DNA from: Bdellovibrionales bacterium
GTDB taxonomy: Bacteria; Bdellovibrionota; Bdellovibrionia; Bdellovibrionales; JAGQZY01
Direction of reading: 5' to 3'
Assembly: GCA_031426555.1 (NCBI GenBank)
Contig: JANPLN010000015.1
Span: 128,001 to 192,000, forward strand
Length of the DNA: 64,000 bases
Shown: positions 1-9,665 of the stretch, piece by piece
Numbering within the stretch: the stretch's first letter is position 1
Layout: every line of letters begins with the position of its first letter
Translations under genes and position numbers: made by a program
Notes under the pieces: generated by a model
What the model was told of the DNA's origin: nothing
What the model saw: the letters and a program-made list of their open reading frames with translations, nothing else
Databases searched by the model: none

Positions 1-13
1 AAAAAATCCGACC

Positions 14-367
14 CTAGCGCCCACAGCTAATGGATACTGTGTACAAAGATTCCTTATCTTGACCGAGCCCTATGGTTGAGGAGTCGTAATGGTTTGGACT
101 TTTTGAAGCAGCACTAAACCCGCATGTCGCATTCATGGTGACGTATGTTGCTACTGATTTGTGTATGCACATAAGATGTCTGGTTTCAGGTTTACTTTTT
201 TTCGGGTCGATTTTGTCTAATTCACAGTTCCACTCGCCAGCTGTAAACTTATAACTGTCATCTCCAACCGTTTTTTGCACGCCCTTCAAATAAACGTCCC
301 ATTTATATTCGGATGCGGAACTAGCAGATAGGTACATCAGAGACATAATTATGATCAGTGGTTTCAT
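14..367 (-). CDS. Hypothetical exported protein (Cys-containing)
   Basis: 117-aa ORF with an N-terminal signal-like segment (MKPLIIIMSLMYLSASSA); no recognisable family. Confidence 0.6.
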   Translation of the reverse strand: MKPLIIIMSLMYLSASSASEYKWDVYLKGVQKTVGDDSYKFTAGEWNCELDKIDPKKSKPETRHLMCIHKSVATYVTMNATCGFSAASKSPNHYDSSTIGLGQDKESLYTVSISCGR

Positions 368-442
368 AGATACATTGTTAGCGAATTGTAAAATCAGTTG
401 AAGCGATAACGACTTGACCCGAGTAAGAACTGGTCTTCAGGT

Positions 443-463
443 TGTAGGTACAAGTGTAGGTAC
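443..463. repeat. Direct repeat TGTAGGTAC x2 (12-bp period), possibly integrase arm-type sites
   Basis: tgtaggtac at 443-451 and 455-463, about 55 bp beyond the 3' end of tRNA-Ser. Confidence 0.45.
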
Positions 464-516
464 GTCTCAGGCCGAAACGTTAACCTGTTATTTTTACAGC
501 TAAATAAGAATCTTAT

Positions 517-608
517 TGGCGGAGAAAGGCGGATTCGAACCGCCGGAACCGGTTTCCCAGTTCGGTTGTTTAGCAAACAACTGGTTTCAGCCACTCACCC
601 ATTTCTCC
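517..608 (-). tRNA. tRNA-Ser(GCT)
   Basis: Reverse complement GGAGAAATGGGTGAGTGGCTGAAACCAGTTGTTTGCTAAACAAC...GGTTCGAATCCGCCTTTCTCCGCCA: GCT anticodon, long variable arm, T-loop, encoded CCA. Confidence 0.95.
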
Positions 609-653
609 GAGATTTACGACTTCGAACAACATTGCCACAGCGGGCAGGGGCGA

Positions 654-1253
654 TCAATAATTTTCCGGGAAAAGACGTCGCTCGATGGTTTCGATGACCG
701 TATGTAAAATTATCATATGGATTTCTTGGATGCGATCGCTGGTCTTGCCGGGGACGACAATAGAAAGATCACTGACAGTTTTTAAAGGGCCGCCGCCTTT
801 GCCCAAGAGAGCCACCGTGGAAATACCTAAAGCCTTCGCTTTTTCAAAAGCGACAATGAGATTCTTAGAGTTACCACTGGTGGAAAGGCCGATCAGGATA
901 TCCCCTTTGCGAGCCAACGCTTCGAGTTGCCGGGAAAAAATATGTTCAAAACCATAGTCGTTGGTCACGCAGGTAACGTGGCTAGCATCGCCCAAAGCTA
1001 ATGCCCCCAAGGGCCGCCGGTCTTTTTGGTAACGGCCGGTGAGTTCTTCGGCAAAATGCATGGCGTCACAATGGCTGCCGCCATTTCCGCAAATAAAGAC
1101 GCTGGCTTTGCTTTCATAGGCCTGGATAAGCACTTGGCTAAAGCTCTCCAGAAGTCCCAAGGAACCAGGCTCGTTGAGGAACTGAGTGAGTAAAAGCGAC
1201 GCCTCTTGCAGTGAATTTTGCCATACTGTTTTGGTATCTAATTGAGTTTTCAT
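654..1253 (-). CDS. gmhA: Phosphoheptose isomerase (SIS domain)
   Basis: CGNGGSHCDAMHFAEELTGRY, NDYGFEHIFSRQ, STSGNSKN, RIQEIH motifs. Confidence 0.95.
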   Translation of the reverse strand: MKTQLDTKTVWQNSLQEASLLLTQFLNEPGSLGLLESFSQVLIQAYESKASVFICGNGGSHCDAMHFAEELTGRYQKDRRPLGALALGDASHVTCVTNDYGFEHIFSRQLEALARKGDILIGLSTSGNSKNLIVAFEKAKALGISTVALLGKGGGPLKTVSDLSIVVPGKTSDRIQEIHMIILHTVIETIERRLFPENY

Positions 1254-1346
1254 GGGCTCTTACAGTGCCAGAAAATCCTATAACTTTCCAGAGATAGCTT
1301 GATTTTGAATTTAAAAGCTTTTAAACCCAAAGCCTTGTCGATTTGT

Positions 1347-1423
1347 GCGGTCGTAGCTCAGCTGGATAGAGTACCAGACTACGAATCTGGTGGTCGCAGG
1401 TTCAACTCCTGCCGACCGCACCA
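1347..1423 (+). tRNA. tRNA-Arg(ACG)
   Basis: GCGGTCGTAGCTCAGCTGGATAGAGTACCAGACTACGAATCTGGTGGTCGCAGGTTCAACTCCTGCCGACCGCACCA cloverleaf with ACG anticodon. Confidence 0.95.
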
Positions 1424-1438
1424 TTTTTCAAAAAATTC

Positions 1439-1906
1439 TTAACTCAAAAGCGAACGCAACATCCACGCGGTTTTTTCGTGCAGTTGAATTCGCTGGGTGA
1501 GCAAATCCAACGACGCTTCATCGCCAGCCTTTTCGGCAGCGGGAAAAATCGATCGCGCCGTGCGCGCCACAGCTTCGTGACCTTCAAGCAGTTGTTGAAT
1601 CATTTCTGTGGCATTCGGAACATCTTCGGATTCAGTGAGGGATGTGAGCTTTGCGTATTTTTTATAAGAGCCAGGCGCGTACTCACCCAGCGCGCGAATA
1701 CGTTCGGCAATCAAATCCAAGGCATTCCAAAGTTCTGTGTATTGCTCCATAAACATTTGATGAAGAGTATTAAACATGAGGCCTTCCACATTCCAGTGAA
1801 AGTTATGAGTTTTTAGATAAAGTATAGAACTGTCGGCTAAAAGTTTTGCAAGTCCATCAGCTACTTTTTTGCGGTCGCCGTTAGAAATTCCAATATTAAT
1901 TTTCAT
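1439..1906 (-). CDS. dps: DNA starvation/stationary-phase protection protein (Dps ferritin)
   Basis: [42 protein letters not shown] motifs. Confidence 0.95.
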   Translation of the reverse strand: MKINIGISNGDRKKVADGLAKLLADSSILYLKTHNFHWNVEGLMFNTLHQMFMEQYTELWNALDLIAERIRALGEYAPGSYKKYAKLTSLTESEDVPNATEMIQQLLEGHEAVARTARSIFPAAEKAGDEASLDLLTQRIQLHEKTAWMLRSLLS

Positions 1907-1909
1907 AAA

Positions 1910-2191
1910 TCACTCCGGTGGGGTTAGATCCGACTGATCTTCATCCTTGATCTGATCTTCGGTGGTTTTTTCGGGATTCGCCTTTTGTGGCTCGACTTTG
2001 CGAGGAGCGCGCCATTTTTTTAATTTGGCTTTTTCCTTTTTCGACAATTTCTTTTCTTCTTTGGCAACATCAGCAGTGTACTTTGGTTTCGGCTCTTGAA
2101 TGACCTCAGTCGGTGAATTTGCCGGCGAATCGTTCTGTGCAAATGAGAGACTCGCGGTAAATAAGACAAAGCTCAGTAGAAATGAATGCAT
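1910..2191 (-). CDS. Hypothetical exported low-complexity charged protein
   Basis: Start moved to the ATG after a GGAGG RBS (MHSFLLSFVLFTASLSFAQ signal peptide); Lys/Glu-rich body. Confidence 0.6.
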   Translation of the reverse strand: MHSFLLSFVLFTASLSFAQNDSPANSPTEVIQEPKPKYTADVAKEEKKLSKKEKAKLKKWRAPRKVEPQKANPEKTTEDQIKDEDQSDLTPPE

Positions 2192-2265
2192 GGGGCCTCC
2201 TAAGCTTAAATAGTCTAAAATAAAATGCCGTTGCTGTAAACCCAATTAAACGCTAGATCTAGGAG

Positions 2266-3651
2266 ATGGTACTAACTCCACGTTACGCCGATTTTCCAGA
2301 AACATTTTTCGAAAAGCTCGACGCCGTTGAGTTTTCTCAAAATCCCATTCTCCATTGGAACGAGGCCCTCGCCAAAGAGTTGGGCATGACGGATCGGTTG
2401 TTTTACAGCTCGGTGCAAGTGGCACAGGCCTATGCTGGACATCAGTTTGGTCACTTTGTGCCGCAGCTGGGAGACGGACGTGCTCGACTTGTCGGCGAGT
2501 TCCAGGATTCTCAAGGGCGATTGTTCGAAGTGCACCTCAAAGGCTCCGGACCGACAAAATTTTCGCGACGAGGTGATGGCCTTGCCACATTGGATGCTGT
2601 TTTGCGGGAACTCTTGGTCAGTGAGGATATGCACGCTCTTGGAATTCCAACCACACGAACTCTCGCAGTGCTTGGAACGGGCAAAAAAGTGATCCGCGAA
2701 AATGAGCATCCCGGTGCGATTCAGGTGCGCATCGCAAAAAGCCATGTGCGCGTTGGAACGTTTGAGTATTTTGCCTCTCGGGGAAATACAGCAGCTATAA
2801 AAATACTTGCCGATGAAATGCTCGAACGGCTGTTTCCGCAACTCACAATCGAAGCCAATGTTTATCTTGCACTGTTCGAAGCAGTTATGGAAAAACAAAT
2901 TCAGCTTGTCTGCCGCTGGCTCCAGGTTGGTTTTATTCACGGCGTGATGAACACCGATAACACTTTAATATCCGGCGAGACAATTGATTACGGACCGTGC
3001 GCTTTTATGGAGGAATACGATCCCCTCAAAGTATTTAGCTCCATCGATCATCAAGGCCGCTACGCCTACGCTCGACAACCGCAAATTATAAAATGGAATC
3101 TCACTGTTTTGGGACAGTGCTTATTGCCCTTGTTTTCCGAAAGCCAAGATGAGGCCACACAAATTTTACAGCGTACACTTGCAAATTTTGAAGATCAATT
3201 TGACGCAAAATGGCTTTCGGGCATGGGGCGAAAACTTGGTCTCGAAGAGGCGAAAAGTAGCGATGCCGTATTGATTCAAGATTTTTTATCTTTACTGCAA
3301 AAGTATGAAATGGATTTTACTTTGGGATTTCGAAATTTAAGTGAGCAAATTGAGCATAAAGAAAAAGATCTCAAGGAGTGGTCGATACGGTGGAAATCGC
3401 GCATCGGTGAAAACAAAAAAACGTTACAGCAAACACTCAACGACTTAAACTTCACAAACCCTCTATTCATTCCGCGGAATCATCTTGTGGAAGCCGCGAT
3501 CAAAGCAGCCGCGCAAAAAAACAACTTTGCGCCCGTCGAACGCTTACTAGCAGCTTTTAAGAACCCGTTTCAAAATTCCACTGATTTTGTCGATTTACAA
3601 CTTCCCGCAAAGCCCGAAGAGCGTGTTCAAGCAACGTTTTGTGGTACTTAG
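2266..3651 (+). CDS. selO: Protein adenylyltransferase SelO/YdiU family
   Basis: AQAYAGHQFG..LGDGRA, KGSGPT.FSRRGDG, HGVMNTDN, IDYGPCAF, C-terminal TFCGT. Confidence 0.93.
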   Translation: MVLTPRYADFPETFFEKLDAVEFSQNPILHWNEALAKELGMTDRLFYSSVQVAQAYAGHQFGHFVPQLGDGRARLVGEFQDSQGRLFEVHLKGSGPTKFSRRGDGLATLDAVLRELLVSEDMHALGIPTTRTLAVLGTGKKVIRENEHPGAIQVRIAKSHVRVGTFEYFASRGNTAAIKILADEMLERLFPQLTIEANVYLALFEAVMEKQIQLVCRWLQVGFIHGVMNTDNTLISGETIDYGPCAFMEEYDPLKVFSSIDHQGRYAYARQPQIIKWNLTVLGQCLLPLFSESQDEATQILQRTLANFEDQFDAKWLSGMGRKLGLEEAKSSDAVLIQDFLSLLQKYEMDFTLGFRNLSEQIEHKEKDLKEWSIRWKSRIGENKKTLQQTLNDLNFTNPLFIPRNHLVEAAIKAAAQKNNFAPVERLLAAFKNPFQNSTDFVDLQLPAKPEERVQATFCGT

Positions 3652-3826
3652 GCGACATTTATTACGAATAACTGATTATGTGCGTCAAGCGCGTTCACTT
3701 TTTATGCGCGTCGTTTTTGTGTTAGGAATTTTTGTTTTTCGTAGAAACTTTTCACTGAAAAATTTGCGGGTTATCTATTTTTAAAAACCTCATTAAGTTT
3801 TCACCACACGGGTTAACTTAGGGGTT

Positions 3827-4990
3827 ATGATGAAAAGGAAACTGGTTTTATTTTTTGCAAGTTTACTACTTGTGAATGTGTCGTCGGGGAATGTTGAGCA
3901 AGCCTATCTGGAAAACCAGCTTGTTTTGATTTCTGATTATGATGAAACTCTCACCGGTCGAGCCTGGAACACGCTTTGGTTTCTAAAAAAAATTCCGTCA
4001 ATTCAATCTTATTTACAAATTGCAGCGATTCCGACATTAATTCCTGATGCGACATTCGAGTCTCTACCGAATTCGGTTGCCGTAACCTCAAGAGAAGTTG
4101 GCGAAATTTTAGGGGAGCGGTTAGCAGTGGTGGAGGCGAATGGTAAAATTACGCCAAAGTCCTCGGGCCTCTACGTGCTTCCGGCCCTCCCAGGAACTCC
4201 CGAAAGATCACAACCGCAGTCGTTTATTCCTGGGCTCTATCGTGTGACCGAAGAAACCTGGGAACGCTTTCGACCGGACCCGAACAATAACTATGTTTTG
4301 GAGGACAACGAACGCGCACGGATTTTTGAACGAGCCACAGGGGAATCCCGATTTGGCCCCTCATTTCCGATGGTTCGGTTACTTACAAATTCTCGAAAGT
4401 CAGTGGACCACATCCATATCGTGACGGCGCGGCCCCAATCTGCAATCGAGTTTCAACCTTTGTTTCAAAGTTGGCAAAGAGAGGGTCTTATCAAGAACAT
4501 TCAAGGTCGAAGGTACACCTTAGACCGGCTTTACTCTCTCTTAGCCGCCATCAATATTTATGGGGTGGGTGAGGGGTTGAGCCTTCTTTACGGAGACTCC
4601 ATCACAGAGCGTAAGATTCAAGTGGTAAGAGATCAAATTATTAATCAGTACCTGCTTTTGGCAAAGCAGCAGCAGAAAAAATTCACGGTGGTGGTTGCCG
4701 AGAACGATCCGCGAACAGTGGCAAGTTATGTAAGAATGCTGCAGGAACTTATGGGAATACCAGATTATCAAAAACATTTTGATTTTATCTTTCTGCATGC
4801 GGGAACAGATTTCGAAGTCTCGCGCAGCGGCTTACCTTCGCGGTGGGTGAGAATTTTCGGAGCCTTCATTTTGCCGTTAGAACTCAACGAAGTAAAATTT
4901 TTGTCCAGTAAGACGGAGCCTGAAACTAAAAAGTTGCCAACAAATGTATCGACTTTGGGAGCTGGCGTGTCCTGCTCGGTTCTATTTTAA
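3827..4990 (+). CDS. Exported HAD-superfamily phosphatase-like protein
   Basis: Signal peptide; HAD-like motifs ISDYDETL (I), HIVTARP (II), VVAENDPR (IV-like); ends in CSVLF. Confidence 0.5.
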   Translation: MMKRKLVLFFASLLLVNVSSGNVEQAYLENQLVLISDYDETLTGRAWNTLWFLKKIPSIQSYLQIAAIPTLIPDATFESLPNSVAVTSREVGEILGERLAVVEANGKITPKSSGLYVLPALPGTPERSQPQSFIPGLYRVTEETWERFRPDPNNNYVLEDNERARIFERATGESRFGPSFPMVRLLTNSRKSVDHIHIVTARPQSAIEFQPLFQSWQREGLIKNIQGRRYTLDRLYSLLAAINIYGVGEGLSLLYGDSITERKIQVVRDQIINQYLLLAKQQQKKFTVVVAENDPRTVASYVRMLQELMGIPDYQKHFDFIFLHAGTDFEVSRSGLPSRWVRIFGAFILPLELNEVKFLSSKTEPETKKLPTNVSTLGAGVSCSVLF

Positions 4991-5002
4991 GGGGGTTTAA
5001 AA

Positions 5003-7315
5003 GTGAATAAAATCGTAATTGTTATTCTTTTGGTTATATTGCAAAACACGGCCCAGGCGCGACGTTGCGACTCGGTATTTTTAAAATCGACCTTGTCGCA
5101 ATTGGAACTGTTGTCTCAACGGGAGAAGTTAGCGGCAGCAGGAGTTGATTTTTTTGCAAACTTTTTGCGGATTCCAACGAACACGGAGTTGGCAAAATAC
5201 TCTGACTTTAAGGTTAAGGCGTCGCTGGTCGATGAAGTCATTGGCGACCGGCACCTTTTTTGGGAAAATGCTTTTGCGCAGAATCCAAAAAAACTCGAAG
5301 ATGCTCGGATGCTGATGATGGTGGCCTACCATGATTTTATCAAAGGCGCCAAAAGCCAAGGAGTTACGCCACGTTCTGCGACATCCGAAGAATTCTTTGC
5401 GCAGTTAATGAATACTTACCGCTATCTCGACAAAGAAAGCAGTCGCGGTGAATTTAAATGGAAGCATGTTCAGCGTATTTTAGGCGAACGAGTGCGACAG
5501 GCCGGCGAAATTCCTTACCCAATCCTATTTGAAGGCGTGGAAGGCCTGCGCCGAGCCACACAGGAAAAGTTTCCCAATTCGTTCAAGGGGATTCGCGATG
5601 CAAGATTTGGAATCGCTTACAACAAAGAAACTTTAAAGCTCATCGTAAACAAGTACCGGGGAGTCATTGCTGTTTCGATTTTAGGCGGAGTTCCCTGGGA
5701 TATTGGGCGTTTGCAGTTTGAATCTTTAAAGTTGTTAGCAAAAGCAAGAAATCTTTTGATTGTGGTCAAAGAGGTGAATGGCGAAACAGATTTGATCCCA
5801 CGTGAAATTTTGGATTATGAACACACAAGAATACTAACCAACACTGTGGATCTGGGAGATGAACTCAGAATTTTAGGTGGATTGGTGGTGATACCCACAA
5901 ATCCAAACCCTCTTACCGGTCTACAAGATGGCAGGCAGTCGCGGGTGCGCGGTCAAACGCAAATCGTTTTTGGTACGCAAAGAACCATGAAAACCGTCGC
6001 CACCGAACTCAATCATATCTCGTCGCACGATATTTGGTCCACTGGCACGCTCAACGATCCAGAGCTTCCGTATGCAAACTACCGATCAAGTCGGGTGACT
6101 ACGCTCGCCAGTGCGCGCTTAATTAATTCAGTGGTGATCGCCGAAAAGTCCGATGCGCAATCGGGCCCTAACAACCGAGGCGCTCCTGGCCGCTGGCACG
6201 TTCGTGCTGCGGATTTTGAAAACGCTACATCGGACGCCAAGTATGGAACGTGGGACGCCGGTACGGCTGATAATTTTATGTTTTATCCAGCAGATGGTTC
6301 GCAACCCAGACCGATTCCTGCTGTGGCTGTCGTGCCTGGCGATTACCATTCTGGTTTTGAGGATCCGCGTTTTCTGCGCGCTATTAAAGAGCAAATTCTC
6401 GACGAGTCTCGCCGTGCGGGACGCCCTGTAGAATTTATGCGCTATCACGACTTCTACGATATTGGATCAGTAAGTCCTTACGACTCTCCAAGTTCTAAGG
6501 CGATTAAACATCTTATGGGTGAGCTCGATTTACAACATGAAATCAACCGAGGCCGTTCCGACTTAAATTCTCTCCTTGTGTCAGAGCCGCAAATGATCGC
6601 GATCCTTTCAGAGGCCGACAATCACCACATTTGGTTAAGCAGAATGTTTAACGACATGAACGCACTCAACGATCCTATCAATGGGCCGTTTCTTGCAAAG
6701 CTTCGCGAGATGCACCTTCAAGGATTTGGTCCTTTGGATTACCTTCTTCGGCGGCAAAAAGATTTTGATGAAGCCACGCCCGAAATGAATATGCGCATGC
6801 GTTTGCTGGGAAGAAACGTTTATGTGGAAAATCCCGATCGAGTGAGAGTTCTTCGGGAGGGAGAGTCCCTGTTTGTTGGCCCCGTGGACCGCGCAGTGAA
6901 CATCGCTCCCCATGGTCACAAAATCGCAGGCGGGGCGCGAGGCGGCGCCTCGTTAGTTCCTCATGCAAGTGCTAACTCGCGCGTGATTGTCGGGCACACT
7001 CACACAGCAGCTATTTGGGGGAATGCTTACAATGTGGCAATGTCGGTGCGGTTGCGAAGTCAGCCCTATGCTCTTGGTGGCTACAGCGCACAAAAAAATT
7101 CAGTGGCGGTGGTTTACTTAAACGGTGCGATTCAACTGTTCAACTTTGATCCGTTCATTGGTCGCTTAACGCCCGATCTCTCGGCTCCCACATTACCTGG
7201 CCGAAGTTTTTTTACGTCCGAACCGTTTGTGATACCCGATCCGAACGATCGCATTATCGACTCTGGAGCCACAGCCACCACACTTACAAATTACAACTCA
7301 AAGTCGGTGCGATAA
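5003..7315 (+). CDS. Exported calcineurin-like metallophosphoesterase, phage T5 A1-like putative nuclease
   Basis: Signal peptide; metal motifs GDYH, HDFYD, DNHH, HGH, GHTH; A1-like segments PTNPNPLTGL, HGHKIAGGARGG, VVYLNG. Confidence 0.65.
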   Translation: MNKIVIVILLVILQNTAQARRCDSVFLKSTLSQLELLSQREKLAAAGVDFFANFLRIPTNTELAKYSDFKVKASLVDEVIGDRHLFWENAFAQNPKKLEDARMLMMVAYHDFIKGAKSQGVTPRSATSEEFFAQLMNTYRYLDKESSRGEFKWKHVQRILGERVRQAGEIPYPILFEGVEGLRRATQEKFPNSFKGIRDARFGIAYNKETLKLIVNKYRGVIAVSILGGVPWDIGRLQFESLKLLAKARNLLIVVKEVNGETDLIPREILDYEHTRILTNTVDLGDELRILGGLVVIPTNPNPLTGLQDGRQSRVRGQTQIVFGTQRTMKTVATELNHISSHDIWSTGTLNDPELPYANYRSSRVTTLASARLINSVVIAEKSDAQSGPNNRGAPGRWHVRAADFENATSDAKYGTWDAGTADNFMFYPADGSQPRPIPAVAVVPGDYHSGFEDPRFLRAIKEQILDESRRAGRPVEFMRYHDFYDIGSVSPYDSPSSKAIKHLMGELDLQHEINRGRSDLNSLLVSEPQMIAILSEADNHHIWLSRMFNDMNALNDPINGPFLAKLREMHLQGFGPLDYLLRRQKDFDEATPEMNMRMRLLGRNVYVENPDRVRVLREGESLFVGPVDRAVNIAPHGHKIAGGARGGASLVPHASANSRVIVGHTHTAAIWGNAYNVAMSVRLRSQPYALGGYSAQKNSVAVVYLNGAIQLFNFDPFIGRLTPDLSAPTLPGRSFFTSEPFVIPDPNDRIIDSGATATTLTNYNSKSVR

Positions 7316-7408
7316 AACCACGCTGACGAACCGACGGGGTGCTTTGCACGAAAATCTCAATGGGTACATTCGATCAACGGATCGTGGTCGCGAAATTTGT
7401 TTCCATAT

Positions 7409-7438
7409 TAAGTAGTTTAGTGTATGTTAAACTACTTA
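7409..7438. promoter_or_regulatory. 11-bp perfect inverted repeat, putative operator of the GbsR/MarR regulator
   Basis: TAAGTAGTTTA-gtgtatgt-TAAACTACTTA about 20 bp upstream of the regulator start. Confidence 0.65.
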
Positions 7439-7458
7439 TTTAAGCAAGGAGTCCCGCC

Positions 7459-8010
7459 ATGGCCAAAAAAAAGTCGCCACCTATTAAAACCGGTAAAAAG
7501 CTTCCGAAAGACCTTATCCAGCTTGAAAAAGTAATTGGTCAATTTATGGAGTACTGGGGCTTTAAAAGCATCCACGGGCGTATCTGGGCCCACCTCTACA
7601 CTTCAAAGATGCCACTGGACTCCTTAGATTTGATGGCAAGGTTGCGCGTATCAAAGGGACTGATGAGTCTCGCCATGCGTGAACTGGTTGAGTATGACGT
7701 TATAAAAGTGGATCATGTCGGCCGCCATGGAAGCGCATTTTATGTTCCAAATCCAGATATTCTAAAAGTGATCACGGGCGTTCTGCGCATTCGCGAAATG
7801 AAAATGATTGCCCAAGCGCAAGAAGCTTGCGAAGCCTTGCAAAAATTAAAAGCCCACGACCTCGAAAGCGCGGGTCTTGAGCAGCAAAAAATCCAGTCCG
7901 TTCTTGATTTAACGGTTTCGGCTAAATTTTTACTCGATGCCTTTCTCATTCAAGAAGGCGAAGGACCATCCCTCTCCATGTTTAACTCCGTCATCTCGGG
8001 CCCGCACTAA
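7459..8010 (+). CDS. GbsR/MarR-family transcriptional regulator
   Basis: IGQFMEYWGFKSIHGRIWAHLY, then wHTH LRVSKGLMSLAMRELVEY. Confidence 0.8.
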   Translation: MAKKKSPPIKTGKKLPKDLIQLEKVIGQFMEYWGFKSIHGRIWAHLYTSKMPLDSLDLMARLRVSKGLMSLAMRELVEYDVIKVDHVGRHGSAFYVPNPDILKVITGVLRIREMKMIAQAQEACEALQKLKAHDLESAGLEQQKIQSVLDLTVSAKFLLDAFLIQEGEGPSLSMFNSVISGPH

Positions 8011-9285
8011 ATGGCGGAACGAAGTTTAATTTGGTTTACCAAAGATTTACGCACAATAGACAACGAGTATCTGAACTGGCTCGATAAATCGCAGAGTGCC
8101 GCCATCGCCCTGGTATTCAGCCCCCATGGCCTCTCCGTTTTCCAGCAGGAATTTTTTCGTCAATCGGTCGTCGATTTACAAAATAACCTGGCATTAAAAA
8201 ATATGAAGTTGTTTTGCATACAAGGTTCACCCGAACAGGAAATTATAAAATGGGTGCAAGAAAACTCTATCCAGTTTGTTTTCGCCAGCAGTACCTACAA
8301 CACTCGAGACCAACAGACCATCGACGCCGTGGCAACGGCACTTAAGGCAAATACAGCAGCCCACTTGAAAACCTTTGATCAAAGCACTCTGTTGCATGCA
8401 GAAGACATTCGATTTGTTTTAAATCGGCTACCGCCAACCTTTACGCCTTTTCGTAAGCTTGTTGAGGAAGCGTGGACTGTGCGCGACGCAGCGACCACCG
8501 ATCTAGCAAATCTAAAAAGTTTTGAGCCAAGCATTCCCCTAGGCACGCAGCTTGTGGATCTCACAAACATGGATGGGGCCGCAAACCTTCCATACTCTTT
8601 CGCGGGAGGAGAAACCGCTGCTTGGCAAAGACTCAAAGAGTTTTTGTGGGAGACTCGAAGTATAGATAACTACAAAGACAATCGCAATGGCATGATCGAC
8701 AAGAATGATTCCTCAAAATTTTCTCCCTGGCTTGCGAACGGCTGCATCTCTGCTCGCAGCATTTATCATGAAATCAAGGCCTACGAGGCAACCAACGCCG
8801 CGAATGATTCCACTTACTGGCTAATCTTTGAACTTCTTTGGAGAGATTTTTTTAAATTTCATTCGTTAAAAATCGGCGAGCAACTTTTTAATATCGATGG
8901 GTTTTTAAAAAGAGAAAAATTCTGGAACGATGACGAAGACGTTTTTTTGCGTTGGCAAAGAGGGCAAACCGGAGAAGATTTCGTCGATGCGAATATGCGG
9001 GAGCTAGTGCAGACAGGTTGGATGTCCAACCGCGGCCGTCAAAATGTGGCCAGTTACTTTGCAAAACAGCTAAGACTCAACTGGACAAGGGGCGCCGAGT
9101 TCTTCGAAAAACATCTTCTCGACTACGACATCGAGAGTAATTGGGGAAACTGGCAGTATCTCTCGGGAGTCGGCACAGATCCCCGGGACCGAGATTTTAA
9201 CATTCAACGGCAAGCGGAACATTATGATCCTGATTTTAGATACCGAAACAAGTGGCTAGGAACGTCGTCTGCGAGCGGTCAATGA
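8011..9285 (+). CDS. Cryptochrome DASH / DNA photolyase family protein
   Basis: WFTKDLRTIDN, YKDNRNGM, SSKFSPWLANGCIS, STYWLIFELLWRDFF, GWMSNRGRQNVAS, SNWGNWQYLSGVGTDPR. Confidence 0.9.
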   Translation: MAERSLIWFTKDLRTIDNEYLNWLDKSQSAAIALVFSPHGLSVFQQEFFRQSVVDLQNNLALKNMKLFCIQGSPEQEIIKWVQENSIQFVFASSTYNTRDQQTIDAVATALKANTAAHLKTFDQSTLLHAEDIRFVLNRLPPTFTPFRKLVEEAWTVRDAATTDLANLKSFEPSIPLGTQLVDLTNMDGAANLPYSFAGGETAAWQRLKEFLWETRSIDNYKDNRNGMIDKNDSSKFSPWLANGCISARSIYHEIKAYEATNAANDSTYWLIFELLWRDFFKFHSLKIGEQLFNIDGFLKREKFWNDDEDVFLRWQRGQTGEDFVDANMRELVQTGWMSNRGRQNVASYFAKQLRLNWTRGAEFFEKHLLDYDIESNWGNWQYLSGVGTDPRDRDFNIQRQAEHYDPDFRYRNKWLGTSSASGQ

Positions 9286-9665
9286 ATCAAAAATCCATAA
9301 GCCAAACCACAAAAATTTGCGAACACTGCGGGAGAGTCATCGAATACCGAAAAAAATGGGCTTTAAACTGGGAGCAGATAAAGTACTGCGGCGAAAAATG
9401 CCGGCGCTCCAAAAACAGTCCTGATTTTGAAAATGATTTACTACAACTTTTAAAAAAACGCGGGGCCGATAAAACCATTTGCCCGTCCGAAATTCTTTCC
9501 GAGGACTTAAAACAAGACAAGGCTGTGATGGAGCAGGTTCGACAAGCGGCCCGTCGCTTGGTCGCTAAAGGCGACATTGAAATCACACAAAAAGGACACG
9601 TCGTGGATCCGTCCACGGCAAAGGGTCCTATTCGATTAAAACTTAAAAGAGGAGGTTCACTATGA
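9282..9665 (+). CDS. DUF2256-DUF3253 fusion protein
   Basis: KICEHCGR..YRKKW..NWEQIKYCGEKCRR (DUF2256) plus KTICPSE..VRQAARRL..ITQKG..KGPIRL (DUF3253); ATGA overlap with upstream gene. Confidence 0.8.
   Translation: MNQKSISQTTKICEHCGRVIEYRKKWALNWEQIKYCGEKCRRSKNSPDFENDLLQLLKKRGADKTICPSEILSEDLKQDKAVMEQVRQAARRLVAKGDIEITQKGHVVDPSTAKGPIRLKLKRGGSL

Noticed and set aside
394..707. ORFs 394-594 and 516-707
   Set aside because: They are translations across the tRNA-Ser gene, not proteins.
3630..3660. Possible selenocysteine readthrough in SelO
   Set aside because: The gene ends TFCGT-TAG with no in-frame TGA.
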